The notes beneath the pieces are model-generated. The model searched no databases and was not told where the DNA came from. It saw only the letters and a program-made list of their open reading frames with translations. From positions 186,001 through 250,000 of the forward strand of contig CT867994.1 in assembly GCA_000165425.1 (NCBI GenBank): 64,000 nucleotides of DNA, in the 5' to 3' direction. The DNA is from Paramecium tetraurelia. Taxonomy: Eukaryota. The position numbers and the translations under genes were made by a program. Positions within the stretch are counted from its first letter, which is position 1, and each line of letters begins with the position of its first letter. This document shows, in pieces, positions 54,494 to 64,000 of this stretch.

Positions 54494-57400
54494 ATGTCAT
54501 CGGATTAAAAGAAATAGAAAAAAGAGAAAATAAAAATATAACCAAACTAAAATGTGAATATCGAGGATTACATTGTGAATAATACTCATAGTAATTTTTA
54601 AGAGTTTTTCGATTATAAGAAAGAATTATGTGGATTGCCCACTTACATCACAATGAATAATGATTTAGTGTTTGTTGGGATGGAATACTCTTACATTTAT
54701 GTTTTCTAATAAGTAATTATTGAGTGAGCATTTAGGATAATGATTTTAAATAAGGCTATAAAATACTCGGAAAGGATACTCAAATATATAGAGGTTAAGT
54801 GAAAATGATATAAATTTCTAATGATAACTAATTATTATTAGTGACATATTCCAACAATGAGTTTGTGATCTTTAGTTTGAAAGTAAAATCGTTATCTAAT
54901 TTATACACAAGTCCTTCAAAGAAGTCCTACAACACAGATACTAACATCTAAAATATGCCTATATGGTGCCTTTATCCATTAATTCAGACCACTTGCTCTA
55001 ATTAAGGAAGGAATAGTATTATGAAATTATGATTCATTTGGAAAACAATTATTTATTGAAGGTTCCCTTGGAAATAAATATCAATACATTAGAGCAGAAA
55101 ATAGGGATTCCTATTTATAAATTTGGCGAACCTTGTGAAAGATAGAAAGTAAAGGAGAATAGACATGCTGTATAACTTTAGCTTATTTTTTTAGAAAGTT
55201 ATTGAAAACGATTATGTGACACCTCAATCATCAATAATTCAAGATGTATCCATTATGGACTCGTGCTATGAAGAGTTTATCTAATGCATGGATGATAGAG
55301 AGAGTACTGCTTCATATGGCAGTCAATTGGATCAGTCTCCAACCAAAAAGAGGAAAAACAATTTTTTGAAATAAATATTTTCAAATAGTACTAATTCAAA
55401 ATAGGAATAACCAGAAGAGACAAACGAATATGTAATTAGTACACAGTTTGTAAGATATTGAATAATATTATTTCAGTACTTGATGGCTGTAGGATTCGTA
55501 AATAAAATTCAAGTAGTAAAAATATTTTTTGGTAATAAATTAAATGAGGAGCAATCAAAAATCTAGTTATTATTGAATTTTTAAAGACCTGATGCTTAGA
55601 TCTATAATATCGTTTTTAATTAGCCACAAGCTATCGAAGAATAACAAACTAGATGCTCATGTGCTTGGGGATTAGGAAGTTTTAAGGAAACCAATAAGAG
55701 ATATGTATTGTTAATTATCAATTGGGGATGCAGAGAATATTATGCATTTAAAGTGATGTCTAGTGATTACAAAATACAAGTCATTCAAGGAGGCCACTTT
55801 TATAACTCAGTTGATTTAACATAATTGAGAGAATTTCCAATGGTATGTAATTTCATTACGAATTCTGTGTTTTTTTCTGTTCTTCATAATAAATAAAATT
55901 AGACAGTAATGAAATTATTGACAACCTCCCAATTTGAATTTGGTGTGCCATTCACTCTTGGACAAATTGAGAAACATTTCAATTAGGAGAAACACATCTA
56001 AACATTGCAGAGTGGTCAATACAATCCAAAGTTTTATACTTTCATTAGAGAAAATAAGCAGGAAGTAATTATTAGTCAAAACGTGATGGACTCAATTAAT
56101 GACGGTTATCAAAAATCAAATGATATAGTTTTGAATTTTAAGTAATTGCATCCTAATTGTAAGATTTCTGCTTAAATTTAGTATAAATTATTTATAAAAA
56201 TGAACAGTGCTATATTTTGAATGGAACAGAATTGCTATCTATTCGACTGAAGAAATGGGATGAATTATTATATGAATAGAGTGATAACAATGAATGGGAG
56301 AAGTGTTTTTAGACTGCAGTTGATATACACAGAGGTTATTTGACTTTGTTATGCAATATTCCTGAGAATGACGTCCAAAGACATTTCTGTATTAAAGAGA
56401 CATGCTGTAAATTAGGATTGTAATATATGTTGTCACAATTACCAAATAAATAATTGAAAAATAGCTAATCAGTCTTAACTATCATGCATTTCCTCATAAG
56501 GACTTAAAATGAGGAATATCTATTTGAATCAATTGAAGATCTCATGGTTGGATGTGGTTATAGAAATGTGTTTTATGACTATCTTCGAGACTTACTATAA
56601 TAACATCAAGTTAACATTCCATATTAGCACTAATTGAAAGTTCTGAAAATGTTCACTGAAATGGATGATAAGGAAACTTGTACTAAATTAATAATGTCAA
56701 TTTAAAATATATAGCGTTATGATCCAAAAGGATTAATAGATTTTTGTTTAGAAAAGGATCTGATTGAACCTATGATGTACATTTGCTCTTAAATTAATGA
56801 CTTCCTGACTCCTTATTTAAGGATTATTACACTACTTAGTATTCTATCAAGTAAGAATACTTTGACCGAAGAAGAAAACAAGAGCATCACTACTTTAAGT
56901 TTAGATTAATGCAAGATCTGTCTCTTTAGGTATTCTTATTAAATAAATAAGTTTCTTATCTTTCTGTTTCACTGGACAAAACCAATCTAATCCTGAGTCA
57001 TTCTTCACTGATCGTTAGTTCAAAGCAATGTTTAAGGATTTATTCGAATACCTATTTGATCTTGAAAACATATAAAAACTGTTTGAAATAGATTACATCA
57101 AAACATTGGAAGTATTTCTGTAAGTCTTTTCAGAAAGGATTCAAGATAGTTTTAAGCAATTCATAAATGAAGGTAAGGAAATTAACATAGAATTATCAAA
57201 CACCTTAGTAAATGGCTTCTTGCCTGAAATATTAAGTATTATATCAATTAACAATAGATATTGAATAAACCGATCATCACTTAAGGATTTTGTCAAAAAT
57301 TTATGTTTTGATTAAAATGGCTGAATAAAAGTATTACGTCAAGTTAAATAATGCAAAAGTGATAGAAGAGTATATGCAGTATTCTAGTGCATTTTCAGCA

Positions 57401-58078
57401 AATGTTTTTGCTATCTGTCCATTTTACTTCAATATTAATCACATTATGCTTAACCTTATAAATTATATGGATGCCCTTAGATCATAGTAAACCACCTTAT
57501 TCGATATAACTTGGATTTTGAGAGGCAGAGTTTAAAAAGATTTACCAGCTGAATTAGTGAAGAATGAATTCTTGCATAAGGTGATGCTGAAAGTTGAGAA
57601 GTAATTTGATGGATAATATAAATTGCTAGAAGAATTACGGTTAAAGGCATAAGAGACTAATTGGTATGATTTGAATGTAATTAATAGGATTTGGATGGAA
57701 GCATTTTGTTTAATAAAAATGAAACGAGTGCCTGAAGCATTATATTTATATCTAAGACATCCTGATCCATTGTTATCTGAACGTGTGTTTACAGCCTTAG
57801 CAGTTCAATTAAGATCAAAACAACAAGATGAATTTGTTCAAGATTGGATTTATAAGAATTTGGCTTTGCTTGCTGCTGAAAACTCGCATAAACTATTTTA
57901 GTTGCTTTATACATATAAGAAAGATGACTTATAGGAAGTGTTCAAAGAGCTGAAATAAGTGGGAGTGGTGTAAGTAGATCAAAAAATAAAAAACTAACAT
58001 CAAATGGATCTCTTAGGTGGATTTGTGGAATATCTGAAACCAAGAATGTAGATAGATGAGCATCTACTTAAGATTTGA
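54494..58078 (+). CDS. VPS8: Vps8-like CORVET subunit (beta-propeller plus alpha-solenoid)
   Basis: GLPTYI..VFVG, CAWG, WDELL..EWEKCF..G, LIDFCLEKDLIEPMMYI..DFLTP. Confidence 0.72.
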
Positions 58079-58133
58079 AAGATAAATTATTTGTATATGC
58101 ATTCCGATAAATAATTATATATTTATTTGATCA

Positions 58134-60284
58134 TCATTCTTGATCTCCTTCCTATTAACCATCTCCTCCATCTCCTTGTTTTTAACCATCTCCATCATCG
58201 CCTTATTGTTAGCCATCATCACCTTATTGCTAACCATCATCTCCTTGTTATTAACCATCGTCTCCCTATTATTGACCATCGTCTCCATCTTATTATCCAC
58301 CATCTTGATCTCCTTCTCCTTCGCCTTCACCTTCACCTTTTCCTTAATCCTATTGATCTTGTTGTTATCCTCCATCTCCTTATTGTTACTACTTATCATC
58401 ATCTTTGGGTGATTATTTCTTCTCTTCTCTAAAAAGTATATTTAATTTATTTACTTCTTTTGAGTTTTGGGACTGAACTCTGACAAATCATTTAATTTAG
58501 CTTCTTCATCCTTTTTAACAATTTGACTAAATTATTACTCAGCCTCAGCAATTAATTCGGCCTTTCTTTGTTCCCATTTTTATTAGGCTGCCTTATTATC
58601 TTTAGGAACAACTTTCTTCATCAAATCTTGTTATTTTTTGATGGCTTCCAAGTTCTTTTCTTTTCTCGATTCTCTATCGAACATTTCATTCATCACATCC
58701 TTCTCTCTAAATTGTAATTAATACAATGAATCACATAATTCTAATAAAGTAACTGTACCATCCTAATCACCAATAGCTACCAATTTTCCAGCATTATGAT
58801 GAGCACCACCATTAGAATTTATCTTTATACAGGTAAGGGCTGTCTCACTTACCTTGTGACTGAATGCAATTTCATTCTATCTATAGTAATAATCCCAAAC
58901 ATCCATCCAACCATCTTTTCTAGTTAAAAAGAACACTCCATTTCTAGTGGGGGACCAACAACCATCTGTTAAATAACTACCATGATATTTAGTTCTCATT
59001 ATTGGTGTCTTGATATCCTCAACCCAAATCTTAGCACTCCAATCTCCAACTGTTAAGAAGAATTTTGGATTTGGAGGACTTCTATTAATCGACATGACTG
59101 GACCCAAATGTCTTCCACTCTCCAATCCATATCTAGCTGTAATTTCCACAGCTTTCTTTGGTTTTTTGTTAGCAACCATTAGAGAACCCATCTCTGTACC
59201 AATTAAATATTTTGTTGGACCGGCTTCTGTGTTATATTCCAATACTGTTGCACCAATCAAAGGATCATTTGGATTAGATCCCTCGGTCACATTTAATGAT
59301 TCAATAGGACCTTCATTCAATTTTCTAGTATCCCACCACAAGACACGACCATCAGTTGATGTTGTCACACATTCTGTACCAGTCTTGCTAAACAACCATT
59401 GAAAATGAGTGATTGGGTCATGATGAGATTTTTCAACAGGTGATGTCATTACCGGTTATTTACCTCTCTTTACATCCCAAACAGCGACTAGACCGTTATA
59501 GCATCCACCACCAATTTGATCAGACAATTTTGGATTGTACATCAAATTGGTAATTGGGGAATTGGTTTCTAAGTGGAATTCAGGACTATTTGGATTTTGT
59601 AAATCCCAAACATATGATGATTTCATCATTCCTTCTGGCATTTGTTAGAATCTGCTTATTGCATAGGAAACAGCTGCCTTTATGGGGCCTTCTGGATGCC
59701 AAGATATTTCAGACACAGATCTTTTAATTCCATCTGTTTGTTAATCCCTACTTTTGTATCAACTAATACTTGAATAACATCAAAGTCTTGGTGCTTAGAT
59801 TCTCAACTTGATGTTCACTTTCTTCGTCTAAGAAATACTCCTCGAACAAATCTATCTGGTTATTCTAAAGAATGCATTTCTCCACTGTATTGCTAAGCTC
59901 TTTAACTGCAACTGCAAATGCTGCATCTTTCTCGAACCTTCTTCTGTATTTATTTTGGTCTTGCTGCTCCATTGGGTCTATGCCTGCAGGCCACTAAAAA
60001 CTGTTGCATAAATAAAAATACCCCTCCTTCTTTATGGTACATCACTTTGTCTCCTGTCGACACTCTCTCTGTGTTAACCTGTATTTTTTAAAACAAATGC
60101 TTACAGAATGCTCTGAGTATTCTGCTATATTATCCAAGTCAATGTGATTGGGATTTCTTTTCACATAGTTTGGAATGACAGCGACTGTCTTTGTGTAACC
60201 TGCTATTTTTATTTCACTCTCCTAAAAATTGCAAGGCTTCCCCAGATCTCTTCGTTTCCTTTGATATGTATAATAATCTGCCAT
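58134..60284 (-). CDS. DNAI2: Axonemal outer-arm dynein intermediate chain 2 (IC2/ODA6 type)
   Basis: YTYQRKRRDLGKPCNF, QNNQIDLFEEYF, WD repeats SHHDP, STDGRVLWWD, FLTVGDW, GCWSPTR. Confidence 0.93.
58192..58296 (-). repeat. Coding 21-bp tandem repeat (GDDGQQQ)x5 in the DNAI2 tail
   Basis: Five imperfect ccatcatc-ccttattgttaa-type units. Confidence 0.9.
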
Positions 60285-60340
60285 TTAATTATTAATAATA
60301 AGTAAAAGTAATTCAAAATTGCATTATATACCTAATTAAT

Positions 60341-61764
60341 TCAAAACACTTTCGATCCTCCCATTCTCCCTTTCAAAAATATATTAGAGTACTTTACGCA
60401 ATTCGGATCATGATCTAATTAAATACAGTACTTACTTTCATCATTCTCCTCCTTAATCAATTCTTTCCTAAAAAATGATTTCAATTCCTCGTTAGGTTAG
60501 AACAGGGAAAATGCACTAGAATTTGAACTCATTGAATCTATAAATACTACTACTACTTTGTACCTTATTCTTCAAACTATGAAACTTACACCTCCTTCCC
60601 TGGAGATGAAACATTTTCAGCAGACTTCAAAGAAACTTACTATATAATTGGAGAATTTATCAACTTATCTGCCATCTACTTCAAACCTCCACTATGCTTT
60701 TCATAATTAATAGATTATTGAGTATTAATTTGAGTTCCTTAAGTCTTTTATCTTTAAAAGAATGAAAATGTATTCTCTGTTTATAAAACAGATTATTAAG
60801 ATTATTATTGTTATTGTTGTTATTATTATTATTGTTATTATTGTTGTTATTATTCATATCTATTTGGAGATTTTTTCTCTTTTTATTATGGTGTAGATTA
60901 CACTTTCTTTGTTGCCATTTAAGTTTAGATCTAATTAGGTTCTGACTTTTAATTTAATATTCCTTAATTTGTCTTTTTCTCCTAAACCTACCACGGTTTT
61001 TCTAGCTTATAATCAGGCTGGGTTTCAATTCTCCTCTTCAAATTTAATAGATCTTTCTAAGATTAATTATAGTCTTAAGATTGTTATTTTAATTATTGCT
61101 GTTATTTTTCAATTTCTAACTTTTGCTACTATAATTGTACCTACTATTGTAACTTTATATATTCCTTTATTTATTACTCCTAGAGGCTTGTTTCTGGAGT
61201 TTCCGTGTATTTTGTTGGGTTCTATTTTATTTCCTCCAACACACCCTAGTAATCTGCTATCAATTCTCTGGTTAAATTATTTTGCAATTCCTTTAATTTG
61301 TTTTCTGGTCCCCTTTTGGACTTTTAACTCTTCATCTCTATAAAGTATTGGATAGATTATTTCGGTGTTCTAATATTGGAAATTTCAGATTTTGGAGATC
61401 TGATTTGTTCTGTCTCCTCATATTATTAACTAAGTGCCATTCTCATTGCCTGATCGTCTAGATGGTGTCTAGATACAGCATTTCTTTGGTGGCTTAACGG
61501 AGTTGGAGCTTGGGATTCGGTAATCTTAGGAGTTAGAGCTCTTTCCTTTGATTTTACTCCTCTTATTGTGTGTTCTTCTTCTTTAGTTTAAATATTCTCT
61601 ATCTGTCTTTTGATGAGAGTAATTTATTCTCTGACTAATTTATTGTCATTATCCTAAAGAACACTTTCTATTCCTATCAGAGCCAATAAAGTTATAGTCT
61701 ATTAAGAGCTCTAATTAGGAAGAGTGTGCATGAATTGTTGAATGAGACTTTGCCGAATGCTCAT
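60341..61764 (-). CDS. Hypothetical Q-rich protein
   Basis: MSIRQSLIQQFMHT..., poly-Q tract near 60800-60850, ends GRMGGSKVF-TGA. Confidence 0.7.
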
Positions 61765-62149
61765 TTTGAAATAAATATATTTAAATTATCTGTTAATTAT
61801 TAACAAGACGACAAACAAAAAAGGACACCATTTGAGAGAATTGAACTATCACCTTTTGTCTTATAACTCAAATCTATTATAAGTTAACTCTTTCTGGACC
61901 TTGATTTCCAAAATTACAAATTTACTTGTCGAAAACATATCTTTGAGTTATTTTTGCTATTTTTATTAATTAATTTCATACTAGTACTAACAATAATCTT
62001 CAAAACCTTTCTATCAAGACCATTTAGGAATTGTCTGGTCTTAAAAATATAAAGACGATTATCAAATGGGCATTAATGATCTAATTATAAGTATGAAATT
62101 TTATTACTATTTAGATTATTTATTATATACATGAACAAACGATAACTAA

Positions 62150-63266
62150 TCAAATAATTGAAAATCTTGCTCTTTTGGTTTTTCGAGGATCAGCTTCAAC
62201 TGTGAGAACATTTTTATTAACTGATTTTGGTAGATTTCGTTAAGTAGATATTTCACCAACTTCAATTGATTGATCATCTTGATTATAATTGTTTTTTTCA
62301 ATATTAAATGTATTTAGATGTTTATTTTTCCTATTTTATGTAGTTAGTTATTCACCAAAAAGTTTAGATTTACGAAATGATTACTTGATATCTGAGATTT
62401 AAATATTTTTGTTGAGTATTGATTTCTTTATTGGCTTATATTCTAAGAGTTTCCAATACAAAATTTTTTCCATTATTAAAAGTCCCTTTACGATCATTGC
62501 AATTAACCATAGTAATACCAAAATTGTAATGATTGCAAAGACTATAAATATGATGAGAAAAGATTTGGAGTCTAGAAAGTTCTTCCTATCAGTAATTGAA
62601 TTAGCCTCTTTTCTATATTACAATAAAGTTCATACAATCGAATTCCAAGTAAGATTACAACAACTACTAACACAATTAAGAAGACCAATAAACAAAATAA
62701 AGGTAATTTATCCTTGCTATGAGACCATGCTGTTTACTAAAATGTAAAATTTTAATTTACAGGATCAAAAATCTTCTCTATTTTAAGTTCCATTTAATAA
62801 GTATCAGAACAAATTTCACATTTTGCTTTATTTAAGTTAATCCGATATTTTTATATAATTTGCTTTTTCAAACAATATTCATGGACGTATTTCTGAGATC
62901 TTATACATTTACATACACGAATAAGAGGATTTTCTTTCTATTCTGGAAATTCACATATTCTACAAACACAACCTACACTCTTAAATGAATCTAAGTTTAA
63001 ATATATACAAACTTCTTGCGTAAATGTCTTTATGATATATTAGTTATTGCTTGCTCTCTTATTTTTAAAGTGTAGAATCAATAATTTTTGAAGACTCAGG
63101 AATTTCATTAATGATGATCTCTATTATTGTATTTAAATATACACTCTTGAGATTAATTTTATTTTATAGCATACTTCTTCTAAATTATTTGTATAATATC
63201 TATTGGAGCAACTTGCGATTCTGAAATTTCATGTTTTTCTTCCTTGGAATTTTCAACTTTATTCAT
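62150..63266 (-). CDS. RING-CH (MARCH-like) E3 ligase with two TM helices
   Basis: CRICE...PLIRVCKCIRSQKYVHEYCL...CEIC followed by two hydrophobic helices. Confidence 0.88.
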
Positions 63267-63354
63267 AATTATAAACTTTATATTAAAATAATACAACGAT
63301 TAAATAGATTAAAACTGTACGATAAAATGATAGTACTTATGTAATATCAATTTT

Positions 63355-64000
63355 TCACCAACAAGTATTTGATATTGTATTTTCTCCAAGATGTTAATTT
63401 TATTGTAGTTACATCAAATTAGCAGTATTTTTATTCCCATGAGAATGTGCGCTTTCTTCTCTTCCTAATTTCACCCCAAAATTTTCTAATTAAGGGTCAA
63501 TTTCTCCTAGATTGACTTTTTCCAATATCATTTAAGTCATTCTTATAAATATTTCTTCAACGCTCTTTTTCACTTTAGAGCTGGTTTCAAAAAATTCAAT
63601 TCCACAATCCTTGGCTTATTGCAGTGCCTCATTATATGAAATTAAGCTTCTTTATTACTATTCAAAATCTCCTTTAATACCAACTAAGAGCATAGATAAT
63701 TTAGGATCTCCCTTCTATTTCACTTCATCAATCCATCTAGCCGCATTCTCATAGCTCTCCCTTTTTGTAACATCATAAGCTACAATAACTCCTGCTACAT
63801 TTCTAAAAAATGATCTAGTTATTGATTGAAAGGATTCAGCCTAATTTTACCCTCAAAATGAATACAATATTCCAAATTTGTAACTTTATGTTTAATCCAT
63901 CTAATTTGATAACTTTTGATCCAAGCTCCAAATAAATAGTCGTCTCTTTATTTTGTTTAGAATGTTAATCAGCAAACGAGAGCAAAAGATTCGATTTTTC
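63355..64000 (-). CDS. Divergent Rab2-like protein with degenerate G-motifs (5' end outside the window)
   Basis: KLQIW, ESFQSITRSFFR, YDVT, GVKLG typical of Rab2, but with EKS, WNIAE, GIKGD and a CW terminus. Confidence 0.8.

Noticed and set aside
58115..58432. His/Leu/Ile-rich and Met/Asn-rich ORFs in the track
   Set aside because: They are antisense or off-frame shadows of the DNAI2 repeat tail
59010..59402. 130-aa plus-strand ORF
   Set aside because: Antisense shadow of the DNAI2 WD repeats
60795..60855. (TTA/TTG)n trinucleotide run
   Set aside because: Ordinary poly-Gln coding tract (TAA/CAA) in the minus-strand gene
61820..61900. tRNA-like T-loop (GTTCAATTC) on the minus strand
   Set aside because: No D-arm/A-box and no acceptor stem pairing

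Overview
This is AT-rich, very gene-dense eukaryotic DNA that reads as a ciliate macronuclear chromosome, most likely Paramecium (aurelia-type). TAA/TAG encode Gln, TGA is the only stop, introns are ~21-33 nt GT..AG, and many intergenic gaps are 10-100 bp. The supplied standard-code ORF track is therefore fragmented, so I re-translated by hand with table 6 and spliced; coordinates and introns are manual and approximate. About 43 genes are present. Recognisable ones include a SHAQKF Myb, a cytochrome b5-fused front-end desaturase, a DYRK-like kinase, a laforin-like CBM20x2-DSP, a leishmanolysin-like protein, MNS1, a NEK kinase, ORC4, an HP1-like chromo protein, CK1, TPI, two Rabs, a CFAP97-like protein, Vps8, DNAI2 and a RING-CH ligase. 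There is also a frameshifted CAMK/CDPK pseudogene and a candidate box C/D snoRNA. The main leads are a 7TM receptor fused to an apparently dead PIP-kinase domain, a trunkless alpha-adaptin-ear protein, a TFIIB core lacking its zinc ribbon, a 7-kb cluster of ubiquitin-fold/NBR1-like genes, and several intact-ORF pseudoenzymes (GP63 without HExxH, CK1 with HRN/DFK, Rab2 with all G-boxes altered). No CRISPR, rRNA, telomeric repeat or transposon was seen.
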